DNA from: a virus
DNA length: 63,082 nucleotides
IMG/VR virus record: IMGVR_UViG_3300025229_000020
Coordinates: 1 to 63,082 of that record
Reading direction: 5' to 3' (one strand)
Shown: positions 16,005 through 25,565 of the stretch, piece by piece
Numbering within the stretch: position 1 is the first letter of the stretch
Layout of the letters: the number at the start of each line of letters is the position of its first letter
Position numbers and translations under genes: made by a program
The notes under the pieces: generated by a model
The model's input: the letters and a program-made list of their open reading frames with translations, nothing else
The model's database searches: none
Told to the model about the DNA's origin: nothing

Positions 16005-17353
16005 TCAACCTTCCTTACAACCAAGAAGCTGAGCAGTCAGTCCTTGGAGCTGTATTGATAAAACAGGAAGTGCTTCACTCGCTAACCGATTTATTGTCTC
16101 CAGGGGACTTTCACCTTCCGCAACACAACATGATTTTCGCGGCAATGGTGGACATGTACGAAGCGGACGAGCCAATCGACTTGGTGACACTCACAAATAC
16201 TCTCATAGGCCTTAAGCAATTGAATGATAGTGGCGGTGTACCGTATCTCACTCAGATCGCCTCATCAGTCCCGACAGCAGAAAATGCAGTTCATTACGCA
16301 AAGATCGTTCGAGAAAATGCATTGCGCAGGCAAATCATCTTACTTGGGCACACGCTGGCCACGAAAGGTGGACAAGAAGGGGAAACCGGCAAACTTCTGG
16401 CAGACGCGATGCAGAAACTCAGTGATATGGAGCAGCGGCAGGTTGGTACGAGCGGATTCAAGAGCTCGAAGGCAGTTCTTGAGGAAACGTATGACCAAAT
16501 AGAGATAGCAAGCCAGAACAAAGGAGCGGTTACAGGGGTACCGTCTGGCTACCCGGATCTGGATAAGATGACCTCTGGATTCCAACGCAGCGACCTGATT
16601 ATCTTGGCAGCGCGGCCATCTGTAGGGAAGACGGCGTTCGCCATGAATGTGGCACAGAATGTCGCGATCAAGACAGGGGAGCCGGTGGCGATCTTCTCGC
16701 TGGAGATGACTGCTACGCAACTGATGACGAGGATGATTTGCTCGGAAGGTAATGTGGACGCCTCACGGATACGCACTGGCTGGCTGGAGGAAGACGACTG
16801 GCAGAAGATCACTCATGCGGTGGGCTCTCTGGCTAAGGCTCCGATATTTATCGACGATACCCCAGGCATCACCACGGCGGACATTCTAGCCAAGTGTCGG
16901 AGGTTGCAAAAAGAGCGTGGCCTTGGGCTGATCTTGATCGACTACCTGCAGCTTATCGTGGGGCGCGGCGGAAATCGCGAGGAAGAGGTTTCCGCGATAT
17001 CTCGGGCCTTGAAGGGGATAGCCCGAAAGTTGAACGTCCCTGTCATTGCACTCTCGCAGTTGAGTCGAAAGGTTGAAGGGCGTCAGGACAAACGCCCAAT
17101 GTTGTCGGACATTCGCGAGTCAGGGTCAATCGAGCAGGACGCCGATATTATCGCCTTTCTGTTCCGGGATGATTATTACAACCGGGAATCTGAGATAAGG
17201 AATGTTGTAGAGTTGATCATTGGGAAGCAGCGGAACGGTCCTACTGGCACCGTGGAACTTGCATTCATAAAGGAATACAACAAATTCATTTCACTGGAAA
17301 ATAAACAAACCACAATGGCCGAGGTGGCGAATGAAAAAGGCGAAAGATGGTGA
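16001..17353 (+). CDS. dnaB: Replicative DNA helicase DnaB
   Basis: LPYNQEAEQSVLGAVL, Walker A ARPSVGKTAF, LILIDYLQL, ALSQLSR; ATGA coupling; RBS AAGGGAGG. Confidence 0.95.
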   Translation: MINLPYNQEAEQSVLGAVLIKQEVLHSLTDLLSPGDFHLPQHNMIFAAMVDMYEADEPIDLVTLTNTLIGLKQLNDSGGVPYLTQIASSVPTAENAVHYAKIVRENALRRQIILLGHTLATKGGQEGETGKLLADAMQKLSDMEQRQVGTSGFKSSKAVLEETYDQIEIASQNKGAVTGVPSGYPDLDKMTSGFQRSDLIILAARPSVGKTAFAMNVAQNVAIKTGEPVAIFSLEMTATQLMTRMICSEGNVDASRIRTGWLEEDDWQKITHAVGSLAKAPIFIDDTPGITTADILAKCRRLQKERGLGLILIDYLQLIVGRGGNREEEVSAISRALKGIARKLNVPVIALSQLSRKVEGRQDKRPMLSDIRESGSIEQDADIIAFLFRDDYYNRESEIRNVVELIIGKQRNGPTGTVELAFIKEYNKFISLENKQTTMAEVANEKGERW

Positions 17354-17528
17354 GCTCGTAAGCGAGGTGCCAACGCGCATACCGATCCCCGAATGGATTT
17401 TGCAAATTACAGAACCTCAACAACGCCGGGAAGAACTGAAGACGTGCTGGTTATCTTACGGCTACAGCGATCGGTATGAAGTGGTTCGGATTGAAAGTGG
17501 ACACTTTATCATGTCGAGAAAACGGTAA
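17331..17528 (+). CDS. Hypothetical protein
   Basis: 65 aa; RBS GAGGTGG. Confidence 0.5.
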   Translation: MKKAKDGELVSEVPTRIPIPEWILQITEPQQRREELKTCWLSYGYSDRYEVVRIESGHFIMSRKR

Positions 17529-17599
17529 GTGTTGCCGCCTATGAATATTTACACCTCTTAACGCTCTAACGCCGTTTCTAGGGGATTAATGCACAAATC

Positions 17600-17619
17600 T
17601 TGTGCTGTAAATAGCACAA
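17600..17619. promoter_or_regulatory. 20-bp operator (family member 7) in the intergenic region before 17669
   Basis: TTGTGCTGTA-AATAGCACAA overlaps a TTAATG-16-TAAATA promoter-like element. Confidence 0.55.
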
Positions 17620-17668
17620 AGAATCGTCGCCTCATATGGCGGTTAAAAACGGTCAGGGAGGGTAACTC

Positions 17669-18406
17669 ATGGGACAGCCAGTGTTGAGCAGGGAAAAGGA
17701 AATGCGGCAAGTGTTTCAGGGAGACGAAAAAACTATTCACATCCTCGATCTGCCACCTGAAGAACAAGAAGAATGGGCGATCAAGTATGGAATTGATCTG
17801 GACAAGCTGAGAAACCGCACCACTCCCGCAGAAAAGACGGAGGTTTCAGAGGTAAGTGAACCTCCAAAAGAGCTGACAAAAGAAATATACCTGGAGCTGA
17901 AAGAGCAGCGGATCCGCGACAAGGAAATCGCAGAGCGATTCGGCATCGGGTATCCAGCAGCTATTGGTGAATGGAAGAAAGAGAATGGCTTAAAAGGTTA
18001 CCAGATGAAGCCGAACCCAAAGTTCACTGCCGTACCAAAGGAACGTCCGGAAACTGAAAATAAACCAACAACACCAGATTCGCCGGTTGTAAAAGAGCTC
18101 GAAGAAGCTCTAGTGAGTAAAGACGAGCAGATTTCTAAATACCAATCTTTACTCGACGGTGCGAATAAAGCACGAGTGGAAGCGCAGGCAAAGGCGGAGT
18201 CATTGGAGATTGAGCTTCGCCAATACAAAGCTAAGTGCGAGCCACTTGATCTAAGATTTTCTGTCTCTGAGTTGATGAGCATCGGTGTAACAACAGTCCA
18301 AACATTTGCGGAGTTTCAAATCCTTGCCGAAGTGCTGGGGAAAATGAAAATGCCATGGACGGCTTCGCATGATGGGAGTTGTTTCAACATCCAGGCGGCG
18401 ATATGA
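17669..18406 (+). CDS. Hypothetical protein
   Basis: 245 aa; RBS AGGGAGGG; central HTH-like IRDKEIAERFGIGYPAAIGEW; C-terminal coiled coil. Confidence 0.6.
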   Translation: MGQPVLSREKEMRQVFQGDEKTIHILDLPPEEQEEWAIKYGIDLDKLRNRTTPAEKTEVSEVSEPPKELTKEIYLELKEQRIRDKEIAERFGIGYPAAIGEWKKENGLKGYQMKPNPKFTAVPKERPETENKPTTPDSPVVKELEEALVSKDEQISKYQSLLDGANKARVEAQAKAESLEIELRQYKAKCEPLDLRFSVSELMSIGVTTVQTFAEFQILAEVLGKMKMPWTASHDGSCFNIQAAI

Positions 18407-18627
18407 GAAAGCGGTACTGTCCGCTGCTACGAAAAATCGAAGCTTTCGGAGAGATTTTCCTAGGCGACCTAGTCAAGGGTGTTTACTTCTCGGATGACGA
18501 GCAGATCCGAATCAGGCTGGAAGACTACAGACAACGCGGGATGATCGACTACAAGGGCAATCGGATATGGGAAGGCACGGTTATTAAAGTGAGGAGGAAA
18601 AAACGTGGCAAGGTACGTAGGAATTGA
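18403..18627 (+). CDS. Hypothetical protein
   Basis: ATGA coupling; 74 aa. Confidence 0.5.
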   Translation: MRKRYCPLLRKIEAFGEIFLGDLVKGVYFSDDEQIRIRLEDYRQRGMIDYKGNRIWEGTVIKVRRKKRGKVRRN

Positions 18628-19123
18628 CCCATCAACAAAAACGGGGTTAGTCATTTTGGATGAAGAGGGCTCAGTTATCGAGTCGGAAGAAGTCACCAAA
18701 GAAGGCGCGGATCCACAACGAATGTCATCGCTAATTGACTACATCGTTTCAAAAATACAACTTGGCGATCGAGTGGGAATAGAGGGATTTTCATTTGCTT
18801 CTAAAGGGCAAGGTGTTGACTTTCAATATGGACTTGGGTGGGCTCTTCGGATCGCCTTATTCAAAAAAGGTATTCATTACATTGAACCAGCACCAACACA
18901 AGTAAAGAAATTTGCCACTGGGAAAGGCACTGCAGATAAAACAGAAGTTGCTTTAGGGCTGTTCAAGCGATATGGATACGAAAATAAATCGGACAACGTT
19001 CGTGATGCTTTCACGGTTGCTCAAATTGTCAGAGGGTATTTCAACCAAGAGAAACTTGTATCCCATCAGCGAGAAGTGATTGGTGCAATGAAAAATCCAG
19101 TTACGAAGAAATCTAAGAAATAG
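18605..19123 (+). CDS. RuvC-like Holliday junction resolvase
   Basis: YVGIDPSTKTGLVILD (catalytic Asp), KKFATGKGTADK, NVRDAF; GTG start after GAGGAGGA. Confidence 0.75.
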   Translation: MARYVGIDPSTKTGLVILDEEGSVIESEEVTKEGADPQRMSSLIDYIVSKIQLGDRVGIEGFSFASKGQGVDFQYGLGWALRIALFKKGIHYIEPAPTQVKKFATGKGTADKTEVALGLFKRYGYENKSDNVRDAFTVAQIVRGYFNQEKLVSHQREVIGAMKNPVTKKSKK

Positions 19124-19136
19124 GAGCGTGTAACTG

Positions 19137-19637
19137 ATGCAAACGACTGTACTTTCAAAAATGGTAAAGGCTGAGAATCAACTGAAAAAGCGTGTCCTGA
19201 CACTGCATCTGGACTTGGACATTGAAGATGAGCAATTGAACATTCTGGCTGAACTGAAAAAGAACAGTATTGCTCTTCTGACATTTGGTGAACAAGCCAA
19301 ACCGAACACAAAAGTAGAGCAAAAGGCAGCTATCCGCACGATTAACAATCAACAAAAGAAAATCGTGCTAACAATCGACATTGAAAAGGACATCAAAGAA
19401 GAGAAATGGATACAAATTCAGCGCTTAGTCGGCTTAGAAGTTATCGAACTGACCGCAGAGTACTGCGAACCGGACGAAGAAGGTGTTGAGGAAGGGCAGA
19501 TGAATATCGACGATGTTCACGAAGGCATCGAATACAAGGCAGGAGCGGATGGGATCGTGGAGCTGACAGGCGCTGACCGTGCAGCCAAAGAGTTTGAAGA
19601 AGCACAACAAGCAGCCGGAGAACAGGAGCCCTTCTAA
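19137..19637 (+). CDS. Acidic hypothetical protein with an internal duplication
   Basis: KKRVLTLHLDLDIEDE.. and KKIVLTIDIEKDIKEE.. are repeated segments. Confidence 0.55.
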   Translation: MQTTVLSKMVKAENQLKKRVLTLHLDLDIEDEQLNILAELKKNSIALLTFGEQAKPNTKVEQKAAIRTINNQQKKIVLTIDIEKDIKEEKWIQIQRLVGLEVIELTAEYCEPDEEGVEEGQMNIDDVHEGIEYKAGADGIVELTGADRAAKEFEEAQQAAGEQEPF

Positions 19638-19672
19638 TCAGGGCTCTGCTCTCTCGGAAAGGATGACGTTAG

Positions 19673-20011
19673 ATGGAAATTCACATCAATGAGAAATACC
19701 GCATTACACATGACGGCAACCACAACTTTATCATCGAGGAACGCAAGCTGATCAAGTCCACTAAAGAGGGCGTGGACGATCGATACGAGTGGAAGGAACC
19801 AAGGTACTACGGTACGTTGCATGGAGCGTGTATCGCACTTATTGACGTCGCTGCACTGGGATCGGAAGCGAAGTCCTTGGAAGAGGTAGTAGAGGAACTA
19901 CGACAGTTGAAGGATGACATCTTCAACGAATTTAGAAAGCTGAGGGAGATCGAAAGGATATGGAGGTCATCAGAGACATCAATCCACACCTCGGACACAA
20001 AAACGACGTGA
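19673..20011 (+). CDS. Hypothetical protein
   Basis: 112 aa; RBS GAAAGGA. Confidence 0.55.
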   Translation: MEIHINEKYRITHDGNHNFIIEERKLIKSTKEGVDDRYEWKEPRYYGTLHGACIALIDVAALGSEAKSLEEVVEELRQLKDDIFNEFRKLREIERIWRSSETSIHTSDTKTT

Positions 20012-20646
20012 TTCCCAAAAACATCAACATCGTGCACAGCGTTTGCCAGCGGTTCAAGAAACGCGCGGCAAAAATACGCATTGAATACGATGACATGTTT
20101 GGAAATGGCTGTATAGGTCTGATGAAAGCTTTTCATAAGTTCGATCCAACGACTGAGAGGGCATGCAAATTTTCAACCTTTGCCTTCAGTTACGTCGAAG
20201 GATATATCCAAAATTTTTTGCGTGACCATAGCGGATTGATTCATGTTCCACGGCGAGTCATGGAAGTGGCAGCAAACATTCAAGATGGAGGACTACTGGA
20301 CGCAGAATCACGCATCGCTGCCAAAGCCCTAGGATGCTCTATCGAGTATGTAGAGAATGCGAAGGACTTCCTGACGAGGAAAATAGTTTCATTGGATGAG
20401 CTTCTACCAATCCAGCGGAATGACAAGATACGTGTCATAGACTCTATTCCTGTTCAAGAAGACTTCACTTCTGTAGAAATGATAGATTTCATAAGCACAC
20501 TTTCAGGCTATGAAATAGAAATTGTGGGTCACTTGCTCATGGGTAAAAGTCAAAGAGACATTTGTAGTGATATGGGTAAAAGTCCAATGACCATCAGAAA
20601 GACAACCAGAGCGATAGGGGAAAAGTTACTGGTTTACATCGGTTAG
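19960..20646 (+). CDS. Sigma-70 family sigma factor (phage-encoded)
   Basis: Region 2 FGNGCIGLMKAFHKFDP...FSTFAFSYVEGYIQNFLRDH..IHVPRR; region 4 HTH SQRDICSDMGKSPMTIRKTTRAIG. Confidence 0.8.
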   Translation: MEVIRDINPHLGHKNDVIPKNINIVHSVCQRFKKRAAKIRIEYDDMFGNGCIGLMKAFHKFDPTTERACKFSTFAFSYVEGYIQNFLRDHSGLIHVPRRVMEVAANIQDGGLLDAESRIAAKALGCSIEYVENAKDFLTRKIVSLDELLPIQRNDKIRVIDSIPVQEDFTSVEMIDFISTLSGYEIEIVGHLLMGKSQRDICSDMGKSPMTIRKTTRAIGEKLLVYIG

Positions 20647-20663
20647 GCAAAGGGGGGCAGTGA

Positions 20664-20963
20664 ATGTCAAAACGCAAGAAGCACAAGAAGCCACCGATCA
20701 GGAACAAAAACACGGTCATTCCGGTCAAACTTTCCGACTTTGAAAAAGCAGCTGAGGAAGCAGTCGATCGCGCTACCTGGTTGATTGAAGAAGCATTGCG
20801 AGAAGAGTTTGGATTCGGTGATACACGCATTCAACGGCTCCGGGCAAAAGTTAAAGAAATGGCCGAATATAAGAGTTTCGAGGCGTGGGTTGACGGTTCG
20901 TTAAGTGCAAAAATGAAGGTATTTTGGGTCAATTCGGATAGGAGTGTCCATGGACGCCTGTAG
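20664..20963 (+). CDS. Hypothetical protein
   Basis: 99 aa; RBS AAGGGGGG. Confidence 0.55.
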   Translation: MSKRKKHKKPPIRNKNTVIPVKLSDFEKAAEEAVDRATWLIEEALREEFGFGDTRIQRLRAKVKEMAEYKSFEAWVDGSLSAKMKVFWVNSDRSVHGRL

Positions 20964-20995
20964 GGTACACTAGCTCAATTATGTAAAACAAGGCG

Positions 20996-21817
20996 GTGAG
21001 AAGAGTGCGGCAGACAAAGCATGTGGTCATGTTTTCAACTGGATTAAGCTCGGCATATCTCGCCCATTGGGTCATCCAGACATACGGCAAGGAGAACACG
21101 ATCCTGTTCTTCACAGACACGCTTTGGGAGGACGAAGACAACTATCGATTTATGTCTGAAGTATCTGATCACCTTGGCTTGCCAATGACGATCACAGCAG
21201 ATGGCAGAACTCCAGAAGAAGTATTTTTTGATCACAGGTTCATGGGAAACTTCGGCACAGCCCCTTGCTCAAAGGATCTAAAAATGAAGCAAACAGTGCT
21301 GTTTGTTGAAAATCTGAGGCTGCAGGGATTCGAACCAGTCCTGTATTTTGGGATCGGCTACAAGGAAAGAGAACGGGCACCCAGGATTGCAAAGAACTAC
21401 GCCCATAATTGCCTGGAGCTTGTGAAATGCAGGTTCCCTCTGATCAAACTTCACATCAAAGGGCAAACGAACCTCCACAACGACTACTACCAAAAAGTGA
21501 TTGAGAAAGAATGGGGAATCAAGATTCCGCGCATGTACGGCCTTGGATTCTCTCACGCTAATTGCGGAGGACGCTGCATCAAGGGTGGATTTGAGCATTA
21601 CAGGACGCTATACAAGGTGTGGCCGGAACGATACAAGGATCAGGAAGAAATGGAACGCAAGTTTGGTGAAGAGGTAAATGCGTATACGATCCTGAGACGC
21701 AACGGACAACCATTCACGCTTGAGCAACTGAGAGAGGAAATCGAACGCAAAGGGTCCCAGTTGTCATTCGGTGATTTGCAGCTGGAAGAAGACGTGCCAT
21801 GCGCATGTTTCATTTAA
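20996..21817 (+). CDS. PP-loop / PAPS-reductase-like protein
   Basis: VVMFSTGLSSAYLAHW looks like a degenerate SGGxDS PP-loop; the size and Cys-rich C-terminal half fit phage PAPS-reductase-like proteins. Confidence 0.5.
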   Translation: MRRVRQTKHVVMFSTGLSSAYLAHWVIQTYGKENTILFFTDTLWEDEDNYRFMSEVSDHLGLPMTITADGRTPEEVFFDHRFMGNFGTAPCSKDLKMKQTVLFVENLRLQGFEPVLYFGIGYKERERAPRIAKNYAHNCLELVKCRFPLIKLHIKGQTNLHNDYYQKVIEKEWGIKIPRMYGLGFSHANCGGRCIKGGFEHYRTLYKVWPERYKDQEEMERKFGEEVNAYTILRRNGQPFTLEQLREEIERKGSQLSFGDLQLEEDVPCACFI

Positions 21818-21841
21818 CAAACTGCTCAGGGAGGTAAGGTC

Positions 21842-22201
21842 ATGAAAAAAAAAATCGTGAAGATCATGTTTTCACCGGACCATGTGATGATGTTCGGAGA
21901 CTCTTATAAGACATGGGAACAGCAATTGGAGGAATACCTACTCGTACTAAAAAACCACGATTCGTACCCGAAAGAAATCCAAAGTGTTCAGGTATCGGAC
22001 GAGCCTTGGATCAAGTGGGGTGGATTGAAGTGGTGCCCAGAATATAAATTTCAACGCCACCTGAACCGTGAAGGTTGCCAAGACAGTGAACTCGACAATC
22101 CAAATCCAAGAAAGTACGCTGATATGCGATTTTACCTTGACGATACATTCACCGCAAAAGCGAAGAAACTGCTTAGCAATGTTGCTGCGGGAATCTATTA
22201 A
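21842..22201 (+). CDS. Hypothetical protein
   Basis: 119 aa; RBS AGGGAGG. Confidence 0.55.
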   Translation: MKKKIVKIMFSPDHVMMFGDSYKTWEQQLEEYLLVLKNHDSYPKEIQSVQVSDEPWIKWGGLKWCPEYKFQRHLNREGCQDSELDNPNPRKYADMRFYLDDTFTAKAKKLLSNVAAGIY

Positions 22202-22225
22202 CAAATTGTGTAAAGGGTGAAAGAG

Positions 22226-22843
22226 ATGCAGGAATACAGCATTGGAAAATCCACAATGGAGCGGTATAACATCCGATTGAAAGGCGGAAACCATTGGCGT
22301 TGTGCTTGGGCAATTATCTCGATAAGTGATGACGGTGTTTTCAATGCACAAACCGATTGTGGTGATTTCTCGTATCGCTGGTCGTCTTTCGGAGATTGCT
22401 TCAAATCGTTTCTGATCGACATTTGCTCGAAGGATGCAGACTATCTTTACAGAAAAATCTGTGATCGTGAGCGTGACGGAAAGATTGACATGGAGAAAAC
22501 CGTCGAAAATATGAAATCTCGAATCATCCAGAAACGCAGAGAAGACGGGAATCGAAACCCATTTTTGAGTGAGGAACTATCACCAGATGAAGCAAGAGAA
22601 TTGTGGGATGCGTTGGATTTGGTTGACCATGGAGAAGTGTCCAACGATGCGTTCGCTTCAATCTTTTATCATGAGTTGCCAAGCGATGAAAGACGGAAAG
22701 TGTTCTCAGATGAGTTTTGGTATGACGATCTCTTGGTCACGTCTCCTGATAGACAAGCTAAAGCATTCTGCGATGTGGTTGCACCAATATTCGCTGAAAT
22801 CTTGAAGACTGAATTGAAGGAAGCGAAAGCCGTTACTGCGTAA
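22226..22843 (+). CDS. Hypothetical protein
   Basis: ATG after GGGTGA; track ORF 22217. Confidence 0.55.
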   Translation: MQEYSIGKSTMERYNIRLKGGNHWRCAWAIISISDDGVFNAQTDCGDFSYRWSSFGDCFKSFLIDICSKDADYLYRKICDRERDGKIDMEKTVENMKSRIIQKRREDGNRNPFLSEELSPDEARELWDALDLVDHGEVSNDAFASIFYHELPSDERRKVFSDEFWYDDLLVTSPDRQAKAFCDVVAPIFAEILKTELKEAKAVTA

Positions 22844-22900
22844 TTCGATGATTACACGAAGTATTTAACACTATAGTTATTTTGGAAAGGAGCAATATAC

Positions 22901-23104
22901 ATGTTTTGCGTTGACGATATCGACGGTTGCGAATTCGTAAAAAGTTTAGGCGTTGGACATATGCTGGTTTCTTTCGATACAGACTCAAATGGTATTCCCA
23001 CAGGTAAGATTCGCGTTGTATACGCTGATGGATCAAGTAAAGCAATAAGTTATGAAGAAGCTCAAGAGAGATTCGATTCAGGCTATTGGAAAGTAGTTCG
23101 TTGA
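22901..23104 (+). CDS. Hypothetical protein
   Basis: 67 aa; RBS GGAAAGGAG. Confidence 0.55.
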   Translation: MFCVDDIDGCEFVKSLGVGHMLVSFDTDSNGIPTGKIRVVYADGSSKAISYEEAQERFDSGYWKVVR

Positions 23105-23137
23105 ACAAACCACACGATTTGTAAAGGAGAGAGGATC

Positions 23138-23467
23138 ATGGTTCAAAACAAGCTGTTCCGTTTCAGGGAAGAATGCTGCATCTACATCATCGCTCCTGAT
23201 AAAGATAGAGCCATTGATTGGTACATCGGCAGGTGCGTTGGTCACAAGGTATTCGGGATTGAAGTCGAGGCGTATTTGAAAGATGGGATGTCATATGACG
23301 AGTTCATTGAAGTGTTTGTCCATGAAGTCCCTATGGATGAGATGTTTACCCTGTACGTTATGGACGATGGAGAGCCGCTGGAGTTAACGGTCAGGGACCA
23401 TATTGCAGCAGCGGAGAAGGATTATGGAGACGAGTTCCCGCGATTCTTTGCGCAGTCCGAAGACTGA
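23138..23467 (+). CDS. Hypothetical protein
   Basis: 109 aa; RBS AAAGGAGAGAGG. Confidence 0.55.
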   Translation: MVQNKLFRFREECCIYIIAPDKDRAIDWYIGRCVGHKVFGIEVEAYLKDGMSYDEFIEVFVHEVPMDEMFTLYVMDDGEPLELTVRDHIAAAEKDYGDEFPRFFAQSED

Positions 23468-23508
23468 TGTTAACAAACCAATCGATGTGATAAATGGGGA
23501 GGGAGAAA

Positions 23509-24051
23509 ATGAAGGCTCGGGATATTGTTTTGGCACTGGAAAAGCGGCATGGTGCGGACAAACTAGGCACAACAGGCAGGGAGTGGGCATTCTTTGCAGA
23601 GTTAAGAGCAGGGACAGGCTATTCAACTTATGACTACGCCCTGAAAAAGAGAAAGCCGTTTAATCCGGAGCAGAGATTTGATGCGTGGGCGATCAACTTA
23701 TACCCATCAAAAAAGCACGAGAGAGTCGTTTATGAAATAAAGGTTAGTCGAAATGATTTTCTCCATGAAATTAAGCATCCAGAGAAAAGGGAGCAAGCAC
23801 TACAGCTCTCAAATTACTTCTATTTCGCTACTCCAAAAGGTCTTGTAGATGAAGCAGAAATACCTCCTGAGTGCGGACTGATTGAAGTGGACACGGAATT
23901 AAAGACAAGGGTGATCAAGAAAGCGCCATTCAGAGAAACAGAGTGCTTGTCGTGGCAATTCCTTTGTGCGATTGCGAGAAGGGCGTGCGTTGCAGAGAGA
24001 TCAGTGAAAGATCATGAAAAACGAATTCGTGACGAGTACGTACCTGTTTAA
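23509..24051 (+). CDS. PD-(D/E)XK-type nuclease-like protein (MmcB-like)
   Basis: FDAWAINLYP...VVYEIKVSRNDFLHE (D...E-x-K layout); RBS GGGGAGGGAG. Confidence 0.5.
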   Translation: MKARDIVLALEKRHGADKLGTTGREWAFFAELRAGTGYSTYDYALKKRKPFNPEQRFDAWAINLYPSKKHERVVYEIKVSRNDFLHEIKHPEKREQALQLSNYFYFATPKGLVDEAEIPPECGLIEVDTELKTRVIKKAPFRETECLSWQFLCAIARRACVAERSVKDHEKRIRDEYVPV

Positions 24052-24084
24052 CTTAACATTACGTTTGATAAGTGAGGTGACGGG

Positions 24085-24312
24085 ATGCTGAAATGGTTTC
24101 TCAAGTTCCTATGGAACATGGGATGCATCGTCGGAATAGCAGCAACTCTCATTTACATCATTAATCACGGCGGCAAGCCGTACAAACAAATAGATGCACA
24201 CACGATTAAGCCAGCCACCGTCATCACGACAGACAAGCGAGAGAGCGACGAAATGATGGAATACATGTACAACGTTTGGCTGCCGGTAACAACCGTAGTC
24301 ATCATGCAATAG
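24085..24312 (+). CDS. Small membrane protein
   Basis: One TM segment (CIVGIAATLIYIINH); RBS GTGAGGTGA. Confidence 0.5.
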   Translation: MLKWFLKFLWNMGCIVGIAATLIYIINHGGKPYKQIDAHTIKPATVITTDKRESDEMMEYMYNVWLPVTTVVIMQ

Positions 24313-24323
24313 GAGGGGACAAC

Positions 24324-24620
24324 TTGATCCACGACCTTAAAACATGGCCCGAGCATTTCCGCGATGTTCGGGCAGGCATCAAGACTGCGGAGATCCGGCA
24401 AAATGATCGGAACTATCAGCCTGGCGATGCGCTGTTGTTGCGAGAGTACGACCCGAAGGCTGGCGAGTATACCGGACAGGTTGAGACTCGGACAGTAACA
24501 CACGTTCTCGCAGGAGAACAATACCTGCAGCCAGGAATGGTTATGCTGTCGATGACTGGAGGGGAACGGGATGACCGGTACAAAAGTTGTGATTATAGAG
24601 TCCAAAAAAGAACTCGATAG
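24324..24620 (+). CDS. ASCH/DUF3850-like protein
   Basis: HDLKTWPEHFRDVRAGIKTAEIRQNDRNYQPGDALLLREYD matches the DUF3850 pattern; TTG start after AGGAGGGG. Confidence 0.6.
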   Translation: MIHDLKTWPEHFRDVRAGIKTAEIRQNDRNYQPGDALLLREYDPKAGEYTGQVETRTVTHVLAGEQYLQPGMVMLSMTGGERDDRYKSCDYRVQKRTR

Positions 24621-24780
24621 TTTTATCGCAGAAAATGATGTGATCTCCATTCAGGCGTTGATTGTAAGTGGTCTATCGCAGTCAATCCTACGTGGCGGCG
24701 GAACCATTATGGAAAACAGATTGATATGGAATGTGTGGTACAAAACGCCGGGAGGGGAACAGGATGCAAGCAGGACGTGA
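24571..24780 (+). CDS. Hypothetical protein
   Basis: 69 aa; RBS GGAGGGGAA. Confidence 0.45.
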   Translation: MTGTKVVIIESKKELDSFIAENDVISIQALIVSGLSQSILRGGGTIMENRLIWNVWYKTPGGEQDASRT

Positions 24781-25087
24781 GTTGGACAAGCTAATCGGTC
24801 AATCGTTTGGATGGAATGTTGATCCGACAGGAACGATCTACAGGAAGAGCGACATGTGGTTTGATTTACCACGTTTCTCCACCACTTGGGAAGGCATGGG
24901 AGTGCTGGTTGAAGAGGCACGTAAGCAAAGGTATGGGTTCAAACTATCTCTTCATGGCAGCTGCGATATGGCTACCGTTGGAACGGAGTTGGACGGACAA
25001 TTTAAACTTGAGGCATTTTCCCATGGCGCAACTGCTGCACACGCTGCATGCCTGGCGTTCCTGAAAGCGAAAGGAATCGCCATTTAA
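24764..25087 (+). CDS. Hypothetical protein (paralog-like of 13725..14063)
   Basis: RBS GGGAGGGGAA; ELDKLIGQSFGWN N-terminus. Confidence 0.5.
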   Translation: MQAGRELDKLIGQSFGWNVDPTGTIYRKSDMWFDLPRFSTTWEGMGVLVEEARKQRYGFKLSLHGSCDMATVGTELDGQFKLEAFSHGATAAHAACLAFLKAKGIAI

Positions 25088-25110
25088 CATAAGAGAAACT
25101 CTGGAAAGGA

Positions 25111-25317
25111 GTGAGCTTCAAATTGAGAAGCAATTTTTTCGAAGAACACGATAGAAGAATGAAACGGATGTTTCGATTGTTTTGGATTCTCTTCGGGATC
25201 GTGGTAGCTATCATCATTGGCAGCTGGACATTTTACGGATACGTTGCCCTATATGTACTGGACAACCCAGAAAGTGTGGGGAATTGGTTCGGTCGGCTGC
25301 TCAGCGGCGGCTCTTGA
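25111..25317 (+). CDS. Small membrane protein (start uncertain)
   Basis: TM segment LFWILFGIVVAIIIGSWTFYGYVALYVL. Confidence 0.45.
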   Translation: MSFKLRSNFFEEHDRRMKRMFRLFWILFGIVVAIIIGSWTFYGYVALYVLDNPESVGNWFGRLLSGGS

Positions 25318-25341
25318 GAAATTGTGATGAGGAGGGCTGAT

Positions 25342-25500
25342 ATGAATCGGGTAAGCCTTGGCCTTAGCAATCAATACGGCAGTGTAGAAGCCGTTGAACG
25401 TGATAGTAAGTACTATCTGGAACTTGGGTGCTATAGTAGCGTCGACTACGTTGAAATCAGCGAAGAACTGTTCTTGGCAATTAAAAAAGAGCTTGCTTAA
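25342..25500 (+). CDS. Hypothetical 52-aa protein
   Basis: RBS GAGGAGGG, 6 nt before the ATG. Confidence 0.45.
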   Translation: MNRVSLGLSNQYGSVEAVERDSKYYLELGCYSSVDYVEISEELFLAIKKELA

Positions 25501-25565
25501 CACAAAGTGTTGCTATTGAAATAGCGCAGCATAGCGAATGGATAAGAAATAAATAGCGAACGGGG

